Source: Eremomyces bilateralis CBS 781.70 (taxonomy: Eukaryota). Taken from it: a DNA stretch of 64,000 nt. The position numbers and the translations under genes are program-made. The stretch lies in NCBI GenBank assembly GCA_010015585.1, contig ML975156.1; one strand, given 5' to 3'. The stretch's first letter is position 1. The number at the start of each line of letters is the position of its first letter. Under the pieces are notes generated by a model. The model had not been told where the DNA came from. It worked only from the letters and a program-made list of their open reading frames with translations, and did no database searches. This document shows positions 13,662-25,579 of this stretch, in pieces.

Positions 13662-14832
13662 TTAACGAGGTGTGTTGGCCAATTCCGCCGAACCAGGATT
13701 CGGACTCGGCACCGCTGCCGGCGATATCTCTGCCAGTTCAGCGCCTCGGCTCTGCCCGCTTCCGTCCGGAGTCAATTGCGCATTTACCGGCGTCGGAGGC
13801 GAGATGTTGGGCGCTGGCAATTGCACCGACGCCCGCTGCCAGTGCATAGCTTGTTCTGGGATCGGCTGCAGCGGGATCTGGCCCGCATTCGCCCCATTCG
13901 GCATGCCTTGTATCTGGGAATTATACATCTCCGCCAGTGACCCAGCTTGTCCCGGTGGAGGCGCCATATACGACGTCGGCTGCTGTTGCCCCGGGGGCCC
14001 CGGAGGGAAATATGCATTCGGGGGCATCTGCCCGGTTGGCATGGATGCCGGGACAGGGACCATTCCGGGCGGCGGTTGCGCGTAGGTCGTGAACTGCGGT
14101 TGCTTATACATGCTCATGTGCTGCTCGTTCTGCATATGTAGGAGTTGCGCTTGTTGATTGCCCGCCTGGGTGATGAGGGCGGCGAGGCGCTGGCGTTTGT
14201 GTTTGCGGCGGCGGTCGGTGTCGACGCAGGCCCAGACGAAGAGGATGAAGTGGATGATGCTGGGAGAGGGTTAGATGCGGTTTGGTGACGGGGATGGGGG
14301 AGGGGCGAACGTGAGGATAATCTTGATCGCTGCGGCGCCGATGGTCAGGTCGAACAGGTCCTCGTAATCCACGAGCAGCTGGATGAGTGCGGCGGAGAGT
14401 AATCCGCCCCAAATGATCAGATCGAGGCCGACGTGAGCGCCTGGATGGATACCCCGACCGTTCACGCATTGTGTAATGAACTCGGCGACGTTCCAGATTA
14501 TGGACAGAATGGCCTACGCTGCGATCAGCCTATAAACCACCCAGGAATGAATCGAAACATACGAATGTGTAACTTTCGGGAGATACCCAGATCCCCTCGT
14601 AATCGTAGGAACATTCGTTAACAAGAGTACCGTAGTAATGGCAAGAGTACCGGTAGCCGTTCCGACTGAAAGCAGCCCCTTGCAGCGCAACGGCGATAAT
14701 CGCACAGGTTACTGCTAGCGATCGAAGGGAAGTCTTGAATGTGCGTTGAAGTGGACTGCTTTTGTATGGACCAGTATCTAGAGGCTGTCCCACGGCCGGC
14801 GTGTAGGGAGGTACTTCACCCATAGTCGCCAT
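13662..14832 (-). CDS. Four-TM (MARVEL-like) fungal membrane protein with Pro/Gln-rich C-terminal tail, spliced
   Basis: ORF pieces 14530-14832, 14271-14465 and 13662-14135 link through intron signals; HPGAHVGLDLIIW and HFILFVWACVDT segments; P/Q-rich tail. Confidence 0.65.
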
Positions 14833-15292
14833 GGTTCGAAAGTTGACAGAGCAGTGACAACGGTCCGAACGGACTGGGGGATTGGAGCACGACGGCGAAT
14901 ATTAAAAAGGTTAACACTCAAGAAAAATAGGACTACAGAGGTCTCAACATCATCCGACAGCGAAAGAACGAACAGACATCGAAAATACCAGTGAAGAATC
15001 AGGTCTTAAGTAGCATTAACTCCTGAAGGATCAGGCAGTGTTTCCGGTTCTGTACGTATCATGCTTGATGCTTGCAGAGTGATCAGCGTATCCATGCGCT
15101 TGTCCATTCCGATCTATTCTCATTGGATCAACGCTGCCTCTAGACATGGGCTCAATGTTACCATCCGTTAGTGTTCGTCGTGCTCGGATACGGGGAATGC
15201 TCAGTGAAACGGAAATGGACCCAGGTTCGGAAAGGATTCGCGGTTCAATCTCAAGGTAAAGTACTAACTACTGTTAACTTACTAACTACTAA

Positions 15293-16603
15293 CTAAGTTA
15301 AGCCAAAAGTCTGCGCACAGACCCCATTCTCAGCTGAATATCTCTACACCCACCCCTTACTTTGACAATCAATAACTTTACCAAAATGAGGTCTTTTGGC
15401 ACAAAAATAAGTGGTAATCGAGGGCCTAATAAGGAGTTATCGGCCGCTTAAAGAGTTGGGATTGTTCAGGCTGCTGAAGATGGGAAACCAAAGACTGAAA
15501 TCGCGCGGAACTTTCGCGTCTCTAGAAGCGCGGTGTATGGGACTCTAGAGAGGTGGGAAGAACATCAAACCACCGTATCTTTACCCCGTGAAGGGTGTCC
15601 CCATAAGCTATCACGCCCTGACGAACGGCATATCGTTCAAATCGCGCGTCGATTTCTTAAAATGGAGTATGGAGAGCTCCTCGCAGGTATTTCGTACCTC
15701 CGCATTTCTAGGAAGACTATCTACCGAACCCTTAAGAAATATCACCTTACCAAATGGCGAGCGAAGAAGAGGCCTTACCTGAAGCCCCACCACGCAAAAT
15801 ACCGCCTCCGATTTGCCCACGAATTCCTTAAATTCGACTTCTCCCGGACCCACTCCACGGACGAGTGCTCGTATGAGAAGGGGGCGGGCAGTAAGCAGGT
15901 ATGGGTATGGCGACTGTACCACGAGGCATATGATCCGCAAATGGTAGAGCCTAAGGCCTCTGGCAAGGCCATTCACAGATGATATGGGGCTCAATCTCGC
16001 GTGATGGGAGGTCAGGCCTGGTGATCATGGACCGCGACGAAACCTCCGCAAGACAGGGCTATTCCGCGAAATCCTACATCGCTACGTTAGAGGAGGGACT
16101 TCTCCCTACGTACGAACCCGGGGATGTTGTTATCCAGGAGAACGCAAGGATCCATGCGGCTAAAATCACCCAAGAATGGCTGGAGACGCACGGCATTTGG
16201 GTCATCGATTGGCCGGCCAATTCCCCAGACATCAACCCCATCGAGCACATATGGCGTCTGTTGAAATCAAAGGTCCTAGAGCTGCACCCTGAATTGAAGA
16301 ATGGGCGCCTCGGAGGAGGCACGGGAGGCCATGAATGCGGCGTTAAAGGAGGCGTGGTGGGCGATCCCTCAGGAGACGATCCGAGAGCTGATCGACTCAA
16401 TTCCGCGACGTCTACGGGCGGTAACCAAGGCAAAAGGGTGGCATACGAAATATTAGATATTTCCCAATTAAGAAATCAAAAAATTAGACTGAATTTGCAT
16501 TTGTATGTGTTTTGCAGCGTATCTCAAGATACGGTGTATGGCGATCAGATTTGGTGAATGGTGATTTTGGGGGGTGTGCACAGACACATGTCTACTTATT
16601 GTA
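15293..16603 (+). mobile_element. Degenerate Tc1/mariner (DD34E-type) DNA transposon
   Basis: Transposase remnant bracketed by imperfect inverted repeats: left TAAGT..GTCTGCGCACAGACCCC (about 15294-15325), right GGGGTGTGCACAGAC..ACTTATTG-TA (about 16571-16603). Confidence 0.8.
15386..16456 (+). pseudogene. Tc1-family transposase pseudogene
   Basis: HTH region (KTEIARNFRVSRSAVYGTL); STDEC; MIWGSIS; QENARIH where the catalytic QDN reads QEN; WPANSPDINPIEHIW; end LIDSIPRRLRAV..GWHTKY. In-frame TAA at 15449 and frameshifts near 15975 and 16300. Confidence 0.88.
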
Positions 16604-17041
16604 ACCAGTGGAGCGTGGAGGATCGGCGGGATATGAATTGAGAAACAAGCCTTTTTGGAAGTCTAGGCGGGTCTTGGTACGGGGAATTTTTATACTGGAG
16701 CAATAGAAATTAAGAAATCAGGTGGGAACTTCGATAACCAAAGGGCGCGTCGCTCCAGATAAGACCGGACCGCCCCGAGCCGAGTGGAGATCCTAAGGTG
16801 GAGTGGATAAATGCAGATGATTTCCAAATCAAACAACATCATGTCTGCAGTGCGCATGGCACCGAGATTGGTTTCTGATAGGCGTCGCAATTCATGGATC
16901 ATGGACAAGAACGCCCCAAACGCACACTGCTGAGATCGTGGATTTGTAATCATCAAGTCAAGATATTATTTCGAGCTACCTTACCCATCAAAAATCAGTC
17001 ACCTAAATGACGGCATGGCTGATGGCGTCCAATGCCTTACT

Positions 17042-18046
17042 CTACTTAGGAGCCCGAGCTTTAAGAGTCTCCCTATCCAATGCCGTCACAAAATAATCCC
17101 CAAACAAGAACGCAGTATTCTCGTCGCCATACTCCTGCTGGGTTCGACGGTGGATATTCTGGACGCTACATTCCAGCGCCATCCCCGTTAAGCCCTCTTC
17201 ATTCAGGACCTCCTCGACGGCCCGGACGATTGTCGACGGCGGCGTCACAACGTTCGTCGGTGCTGCAGCCATGAGGGCCGGTGTAAGGCCGGTATCGACT
17301 AAGCCTAGCCTTATGTCAGCAGTTTGAACGACACACTGTCGGGGATTTAGCAAGTACCTGGGCAGAGGCAATTCACGGTGATGGGCTCATTCCTCTTCGC
17401 GAGCTGCGCACTCAAAGCACGAGTGAGGCCGACAACCTGAATCCGATCAGCACGATGCTCTGCAGGGCGGTCAGGGGATTTCATACTCCATGCTTCGCGG
17501 CTGTGTACAGTGGGATCCCTGTCCCGGGGAACAATCCACACATGCTCGAGGTGAAGAGAAGCTTTCCACCCTTCGATGGATTCTTCCGGAAGTAGTGGAG
17601 AGCGAGATATGCACCGTAGACCATCGCATCCAGGCATACGGTCATGACATCGATATTGGGCTTGGGTGGCGGTGCGTCGTCTGCCGCTTCCACCGGAGCG
17701 TAGAAGTCGATCCGGTCGCCGATTCCCTGCGGATGATGAGTACTCGGAGACAAAGACGAGGCGGAGGGCATACAGCGTTCTGCCAGACAAAATCCAGTCG
17801 ATGGAATTTCTTCCACGTTGTCTCGAATGCTTTAGCATGTTGGTCGTAGTTAGCGGTGTCGACATGGAAGAATTGGACTTGGTCTCCTAATTCCTTCGCA
17901 ACTGCTTCACCTGTCGCCTTGTTGTAATCAAGAACGGAGACATTCCATCCAAGCTCGACTAGCCTCTTCACTGTTGCGAGGCCCATTCCAGATGCACCTC
18001 CGGTGATGAGAGCAACCTTTGTGCTGGATTCTCCATTGCCAGCCAT
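17042..18046 (-). CDS. Short-chain dehydrogenase/reductase (15-hydroxyprostaglandin dehydrogenase-like), multi-exon
   Basis: VALITGGASGMG, NAG-like QNA|G, catalytic Ser region FTSSMCG, YTAAK (YxxxK) and VNCLCPG, spread over ORF fragments joined by introns. Confidence 0.88.
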
Positions 18047-19337
18047 GATGTGAGATATGAGACAGATTTTGATTTATTAGGTCTGAGTATAGTTTGAGGG
18101 AATTGTTAGTCCAGTACGTATAGACATATTGAACGACATCATAGCATATATGTCATGCTATGCACATAGAACCCCTCATACACTGAGGTGCTCCTCAACA
18201 GTGGCACAGTTAGCCCTCGGTTTCGGTTCAGACTCATTCAGAGCAGTAGTACGGAGGACCAAATACGACAATAAAGAATCTCCCACTTGATGGAGAGGAT
18301 CACGACTGAGAGTGGAGAATCAAGCAGCCCTAGACCCTGATTGGGCAGAAGTTGAGTGCAACACATGCATCGGCTTGCAGGTCTGGGGCAGTGGCTCGGC
18401 TAGAGTGCGGATGCTGAGGAAGTTAGTCAAGCATGGGGTATACTCAGACCCGGCTACCAGCATCAAGATGGTTGCACCGGATTTTGTTTGCCCCTTTGCT
18501 CATCTAAGTATAGCGTGAACCAGAATATATGCTCGGGATCCTTCTCATCAAGCTTCGTCGAGGCGGGGTCAAACCGCCTCAAACGACCCATCCACCGAGC
18601 TCCTGCAGATGATGAGTTTTCAAAGAAGACTTGGGTAACAAAGACTGAACGGTGGCCAATGAACAGAAGCCGTAAGAGAAAATAATTATAGAGGATACCA
18701 GATTCCATCAGACTATGTTAGGCGAAGAATGTACACATTGGACAAGGAAAACGATATCCGTAGGTTACGGTTCGGTCCGGATAGAGCAAGCGAAGCGTAT
18801 GTACGGCACGACGTTACATTTGACATCAACTGGAAATAATCCATAAGATCCTAGCTGGTATATCCGAATCCATGGAGTTTCCTGGAGGCCAGAGTCAAAG
18901 GGGAGTTAGAAATCCATCTGGATAGTAGAAAAGGATTGTACGTACGGAGTACATAGAAGTGGTTGGAGGTTGTCGTCATCTCTCCACTTTGTATACTCTA
19001 TGGATGCCCCAGTCCAATCACATGGCATAATAAAGCCAACTGAACCTTTCAACCACCACCCCAAGATCAGATATCAGTCTTCTTCACCATCTTCATATTA
19101 ACTGATCCTGATTAATTCTCCTAATATCCCACGCTGAAACCACTGACAACCGACTTGGAACTCCGTGTACTTGAACGACATCCGTCAGCTGCGCCCATCC
19201 CATACGCAATCAGCCTCCCCGCTCTCGACATGAGCTGACCTGGGGAGTGCTTGTATGGCAGCCCTCGGTGAGCATTCCAACCCGAAAGCACCGAATACAG
19301 ACTGATCTCCAAACAAGACACGCCCTGGCTGGAACAG

Positions 19338-21212
19338 ATGTCCTTTCCTTCCATGCCTAACACCACACAAGATGCCTCCACCCCATCCACCGGCGACCCC
19401 AACCCTCCCACTTTCGCCGCCTTCTCACCGAATCCCCTAGGCCACGGCGCCCTCAAACAGCGATCCACCATCCTCGTCCACCAGAAATCTCCGCTCCTCG
19501 TCGCCACACCTCCACAAATCACCCGCGCGCTCGCATATGCATACCCGTTCCTCTCCCCGCTGAACCGCGCCGCCGCCCTGCTCTCATGGACCTCCCCCGA
19601 TCCGTGGGAGAGTTTTCTCCTGCTCGCCGCATTCTGGGCGATCACTTTATACGGTGACCACATCCTACGATGGGCGGGACCGATCGTGTTGATCACCGGC
19701 CTGATCTTCGGAATGTACCTTCGGCGCTACTCTCCTCTCTCCACGGGATACACCGGCGCGAAAGGGCAGGGCAGTCGCGCCCGCTCCGATTCCGACACGC
19801 GCCACCACAAGAGCCTCGACGAGATTCTCGATACCCTAAACATCTTCACCTCGCGGTGTAACATCCTGCTCGATCCGTTTCTGCGATTGACGGACTTCCT
19901 CTCCACCCAACGAACGGCGACCTCGGCCACCACACGGCCCGCGCTCACGACATTATTCATCCGCCTCCTTCTAATCACCCCGATATGGTTCGGCCTCACC
20001 CTTCCGCCACTTTACATCATCACCACCAAGCGCATAATCCTCTCAGTCGGCACCGTCGCGCTTAGCTGGCATTCCCGGCCCGCCCGCATCTCCCGCGTAA
20101 TCCTCTGGCGCTCCCGCCTCATCCGACGGACATGCACCGCCCTGACCGGTCTCCACTTCAGCAACCCGGAACCATCCCCCAAAACCACGCAACCTACCGC
20201 CGCCAATTCTACCAAATCGACCAAAAAAACCGCCAACGACGTTGCCGCGTCGCTGCTCCTCAAACGCGACCCGGCAGCCCCGTCCATCCGCTTCACGTTC
20301 GCCTTGTACGAGAACCAGCGGCGATGGTTGGGGATCGGATGGACGAGCAGCATGCTGGCGTATGAGCGGGCGGCGTGGACGGACGAGCATCTGAACTCGG
20401 CACCGAACAAGGACCGGTTCGAGCTGCCGGAGGTGGACGGCGGGCATGCGGAGTGGCGGTGGGTGGATCCGGAGTGGCGGGTGGAGATGAGCTCGGAAGT
20501 GAGTCCGCGGCGGCGAAGGGGGGAGAAGGTGGATGATGAGGAGGAGAAGGAGGGGTGGATTTATTACGATAATAAGGTAAGCGGCCATTTTATCCCCGCC
20601 GTCCTTGGATTCATGCACCCGGTGTCTCACACACCGATCAATAACTAACCCTTCTTTCTACAGTGGCGCGATCCCCGCCGAGGCCGCGACTCCTGGGGCC
20701 GCTACACCCGCCGCCGCAAATGGTGCCGCGACGCCGAACTTGTCGAGATCACCCCGGCCCCAACACCCACCTCCGGCACTAAACACTCCCGCACCCCATC
20801 CGCGCAAGCAACCTACTCCAGCATCAGCACCTCGCTCGCCGAGCTCCCTGGCTCCTCCCCCTCCTCCTCAACGCTCGTGAACTCCACGCAGTTCCCGTCC
20901 ACCGATGGCGCCGGCGCCGGCTCGATGACCGGGGCGAGCGTGGGTGGGAGCACAGGGAGTTTAGGCGCGGCGGGGAATAGCCATAGCACGCCGGACGCGA
21001 CGAAGCGGAAGGGGTGGTTTCGGCGGACGAGCCGGGCGGCGAGCGAGAAGACGGGGAGTACGGGGAGTGCGCACGGGACGGGGACGGGGACGGGGAGTAG
21101 CGAGCGGAGGGAGAGGGAGGAGGAGGATGAGGCGGTGCCGATGGGGAGGAAGACGGTGGAGCAGCCGGGGGATTGGGGTTATGGGGAGGATGTGCGAATG
21201 GCGTTGGGGTAG
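19338..21212 (+). CDS. Pex23/Pex30-family integral peroxin with dysferlin (DysF) domain (intron 20577-20663)
   Basis: Reticulon-like hydrophobic N-terminal half; DysF motifs YENQRRWLGIGW, WRWVD.EW, EGWIYYDNK|W and RYTRRRKWCRDAELVE. Confidence 0.85.
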
Positions 21213-23119
21213 TGAGATGGGAGGGGGAATGAGGTTCGGGAATACCCGATTGTACTGTAATTACATTGTTTGAGAAGCGAATTAGCTATGACATTTTGCA
21301 ATGGTTTGCGTGGCGCGATATCGGTAGCGCCTATTGAAGTGAATCTGAATGGGTACTACAAGGACACTCTCATCGTCCATCACTACCTATTGTCACATCA
21401 ATGATGTCACGATCATCCCTCTCACAAGCACGCCCGATTCCATTCTACAAGCTTAGGAATACGTCTCTGCATTCAGTCTAGATTCAATATACACAACGAA
21501 TATAGCTAGCTACCCGCCGCCCGCTCTCCGCATTCCATGTTTTCTTTCGATTTTCGGTCAATTTGTCGGTCTCGTAGGGCAATGCATAGGAAACGTCAAA
21601 GAAGGTCGAACAGTCCGTCGTCCAGCTCGCCCCGGTGCATGTTATCGTCGGTTGGAGGTAGCAGGTTCCGACGGGTCTGATGATTTGGCGAGGTCGCTTC
21701 TCCGCGAGGTGCAGGTCGTCGTGAGGAGTCGTTCGTTGCCCCGATATGGATGAAAGTTGCCACGATCGCGGTGCCATGTCGGGTGGAATCAGAGGATCGA
21801 GGACGAGTGGCGAGGGGTGCAGTGCATTTGATTCTAAAACGCGTCAGGTTCCGTTCCAACCAGTCCAGCTCGTGCTATCTAAAGAGGACATACTAGCCGC
21901 AGCTGCATGCTCCCGGAGCGCACTGGCAGCTTCCACCACAGCAGTTGGGCTTTCCACAGGAAGAAGACATGTTGATTAGTTGGATGATGAGAGTATTTCT
22001 CGCGTCTGATTGATCGATTCAGAAATGCTATTGTGATTGAGGTTTGTAGGTGTGCAGGTGGTGAGGTCTGACATCAGATACGCTATCGGAACGCGGGGTT
22101 TCTGTCCTTTAAATAAACAAAGGCGATGCTGCTTGCCCCTCACACCTGACAAGGCTAAACCCCACTTCGAAAGGATCGAACCAATCAGCGGATCGGATCT
22201 TACTGATAAATGGGTCTATTGAGAATTTGAGGCGCCTCTCTCAGCTTGCTCACACGCACAAATCACTCGCGGCACTTGTGCGGCAGCCTAGCAACCACAT
22301 TGGGGTTCACATTGACTGTTCTCACGAGATACAGAGTCCAAACCACCGCTGCCGCAATGCTTGGGGCGCTTGGGACCGTTCAATTCCGACATGGGAACGG
22401 CCCGCTCGACCGGAATAGCGCGACGTGAGCACGTTTTGATTTGGGTAGATGGAGCGACGCCGTGTGTCAACGCTGGCGGGGTGAGCAAGTTAACGCGGGT
22501 GAGGACGATGATGGAGGGTCAGACGGGTGAGCTATAGGCTGCGCAGGCGTGGGTGGATGAGCGGATTAGCAGATTGGAAGAGCAAGGAAGTCAGTCCACT
22601 GAATCTGTGACAGGAAGAGGGGACATTCCTTCGTTCCATCGCTGCTGTTAGATACTGGAGGTACGTACCTGCGCTGGGCTGATATCCTTGGCTGGGGCTG
22701 CGTGCGCATCGTGTCGTACGAGGTGCTGGTCGTCGCACTTGCGGGGTTTCCGCGATGCAGATCGGGTCACAGGTTCAGTAGTTTGATGGCTTGGGAGCTC
22801 GGTGTCCGATCTCTTCCGTGCTTCCGCCCCATGCGTGGCGGTTATATGAATCTGTTATCTCATCGATGGACATGCCTTCGACCCTAACGCCCACACAGAG
22901 GAAGCCTTGACAGACTGTAAACGATAGACGTTCAGTGGTAGAGCAACACTCTGGACTCCATGATACCTGTAATTACTAACTATTTTAGTGATAACTAGAT
23001 ATGTAGGTTTCTATGCGAAGGACGCAAACTTTCCCTTGGGGATAGCTTGATGATCCAGACCGTACTTCGCCTCATGATACAGCCCATCAGTGCCCACTAA
23101 GCCGGACTTCTTGAAGTCA

Positions 23120-23980
23120 TTATCCATTAGATCCACAAGGCGTGTCCTCTCCATCAAACCCCTTCGAATCCGCCATCGTAGCAGACTGAAAGAACCCCAT
23201 CTGCTGTACCTTAGCGTCGCGCATCATCTGATGCCGACGCCGCTGATCTGCCTCTCTCCAAAGCGGGATCTCAAATTTCGCTGGGAAGAACCCAGCGTAC
23301 TCCCAGTCAATAACTCTCACGATCTCGAACGTCAAAGGATCCACGAATATGTTGTGAGGTCCAAGGTCATTGTGGCAGAGATTATATACTTCGGCATCCC
23401 TTTCCATTCGCGGCCATGCCTGATGATTGCGTGGGCTATATAGTGAGGCTGTGGGGATCACTGGCAGATTAACGTCGACGCTCCCTACGAAGTTGCGGCG
23501 AAGGTCACGAAGTTGGGGGAGGATGGTCGACTGGATTTGCTTGTCAACTTCTGTGATGGCGGTCTCTTGATCAGCGGGGTCCACGTCGTCCAGCAATATC
23601 GCATCGTTCGGAGCCAAGGACGTTTTGAGATGCACTAGCCCGTTTTCCTCGTATATACCCAATAGGGTCGGCACGGGGATGGTTGTCTCCGCGGCGATAA
23701 GCTTCAACGTGGCAGCTTCGTTACGTAGTCGTTCGGGGACTAAGAGCACCACTATGGAGTCCCCGTAGATGTTGTTCCCGATCTCATCGGGGTGGTTCTG
23801 CCGCTTGATGAAGGTGTGTTGGGTGAAGTAGTAGGTGGTAAGGGTGAGCTTGTAGGAAACGAGGAGGGGGTCGTCCTGGGAGAAATGCGGGGGATATTTT
23901 TCAGGGATATATTGGTCGTTTGCCCTGATGCTTTCGGAGAGTTCGTGGAGGGCTCGCAAATGTGGGCTGAGGGTCTCCAT
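23120..23980 (-). CDS. APH/choline-kinase-like phosphotransferase family protein
   Basis: NEAATLKLI..TTIPVP; Brenner motif HNDLGPHNIFVD; IDWEYAGFFP. Confidence 0.85.
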   Translation of the reverse strand: METLSPHLRALHELSESIRANDQYIPEKYPPHFSQDDPLLVSYKLTLTTYYFTQHTFIKRQNHPDEIGNNIYGDSIVVLLVPERLRNEAATLKLIAAETTIPVPTLLGIYEENGLVHLKTSLAPNDAILLDDVDPADQETAITEVDKQIQSTILPQLRDLRRNFVGSVDVNLPVIPTASLYSPRNHQAWPRMERDAEVYNLCHNDLGPHNIFVDPLTFEIVRVIDWEYAGFFPAKFEIPLWREADQRRRHQMMRDAKVQQMGFFQSATMADSKGFDGEDTPCGSNG

Positions 23981-24277
23981 GGTGTGAAGTGTAGCTTGTC
24001 ATAATTAGCTGAGTACACGGGTCGAAGTATGTTGATACTTTGACTGAGGGCGAGGCCCTGCTCCCGATAATGAGCCAGTTTGTGTATCGTGAAAGGCGGC
24101 ATCCATTAAAGCAGACCTTGTATCCTTGACATCATCATATTCTAGAACGAGTTCCCGGCCTAGCCATGATCTGGAAACAATAATAAACCAGCTCATGGCA
24201 TCAATTTAATTGATTAATACCTTCTCATCCAGATACGACCAATCATCAACATTCCGAATCTCCGGTCCAGATCAAAC

Positions 24278-25459
24278 ATGTCGACCTCCCTTCTCCGCAT
24301 CCAGTGCCTCTGCGGCTCCTCTGCCTCGACCATCTCGCTCCCCTCATCTTCCCTCCCACTCCAAACCTACCTCTGCCACTGCAACATTTCCCGCCACATT
24401 TCTGGCTGCCTCTGCAGCTCCTACGCCCGCTACCCACCGCTCTCGCAAACCCCTAGACCCGACCTCTCTGCCCTCACGGCCTATCGCTCCTCGGACATTC
24501 TCACGCGATATTTCTGCACGACATGCGGAACGCATATGTATCTCGAATACGACGATGACGGGCACTTTGAGATCGCGACGGGGCTGCTTGCTGGTCTAGC
24601 TGTGGACCCTGATAGGCCACCGATGTCTATTGTCAAACATGTCGGGCATATGTGGATCGAGGATACTGAGGACGGAGGGGCATCGGATTGGATCTCAGAC
24701 CTTAATGGAAAGAGTGCGGAGAGGTGGATGAGAGGTGCTAATAGTAGTCCGCCAGCGTCAAGGGGTTGGTCACAAAGGTCATTGGGCGACGAGAAAGATA
24801 AACCTTCAGAAAGAGAAGATGACACCGGGATGTTGTTTGCCCGCTGTTACTGTGGCGGGGTGGAGTTCGCTATCTCTAGACCAGACTCCGAGTCGTGTGT
24901 ACATGACGGCACGGCCGACTTTCCAGACTTGCTGGTGCCATATAATTCCGAGAAGTCGGCGAAGAATCCCGATGGCAAGCCGTGGTGGCTGTCGAACGAC
25001 GGACGGAGATACACAGCAGGTACTTGTGCGTGCGACTCATGTCGGCGCGCTGCGGGGTTCGAGATTGTCGAGTGGGCGTTCGTGCCCGCAGGAAACATCA
25101 TGGTCCCGGAACTAAGGGACGCAAGCGAGCCGCCGATTTGGAGGAAATATGAAGTGGGACGAGAGTTTGGTACGGGTCTGCTGCAGAGCTTTAGTAGTTC
25201 GGATAGGGTTTTTCGTAGGTTCTGTGGAGGGTGCGGAGCGAATATCTTTTGGGAGTCATATAACCGCCCGTACATCATTGACGTCGCAGTAGGGATCCTT
25301 CGTGCCCCTGAGGGTGCGAGAGCTGAAACTTGGTTGGAATGGGTGACGGATCGAGTTAGTTTCTGCGAGGAGGGTGCTAATCCGGGCCTCGTTTATGACC
25401 TGACGAGAGGGTTAGAAGGATGGGGTAAGCGACTAAGCTTAGTATCTATGATTCCCTAA
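24278..25459 (+). CDS. Tandem Gfa/CENP-V (Mss4-like) zinc-binding domain protein
   Basis: Two repeats of CxCG..CxC..R..FCxxCG: CLCG/CHC/RYFCTTCGT and CYCGGV/CACDSCR/RRFCGGCGA. Confidence 0.85.
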   Translation: MSTSLLRIQCLCGSSASTISLPSSSLPLQTYLCHCNISRHISGCLCSSYARYPPLSQTPRPDLSALTAYRSSDILTRYFCTTCGTHMYLEYDDDGHFEIATGLLAGLAVDPDRPPMSIVKHVGHMWIEDTEDGGASDWISDLNGKSAERWMRGANSSPPASRGWSQRSLGDEKDKPSEREDDTGMLFARCYCGGVEFAISRPDSESCVHDGTADFPDLLVPYNSEKSAKNPDGKPWWLSNDGRRYTAGTCACDSCRRAAGFEIVEWAFVPAGNIMVPELRDASEPPIWRKYEVGREFGTGLLQSFSSSDRVFRRFCGGCGANIFWESYNRPYIIDVAVGILRAPEGARAETWLEWVTDRVSFCEEGANPGLVYDLTRGLEGWGKRLSLVSMIP

Positions 25460-25579
25460 TGATAATATCATCATCGTAACCGTTGCCAACCCACTCGCAC
25501 TATTACTGTGTTGTCAAGTAGTTAATATAGTTGTGGGCGGAAGTTTTCAGTCCAGTTGAAGCAAACTACTCTCTGCCTA

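Noticed and set aside
21484..22900. Several short minus-strand ORFs that might be a gene relic
   Set aside because: No recognisable motif or consistent splice model.
22925..23010. GTTCAGTGGTAGAGC resembles a tRNA D-arm / A-box
   Set aside because: No T-loop GTTCRA, anticodon arm or acceptor stem can be built downstream; not called a tRNA.
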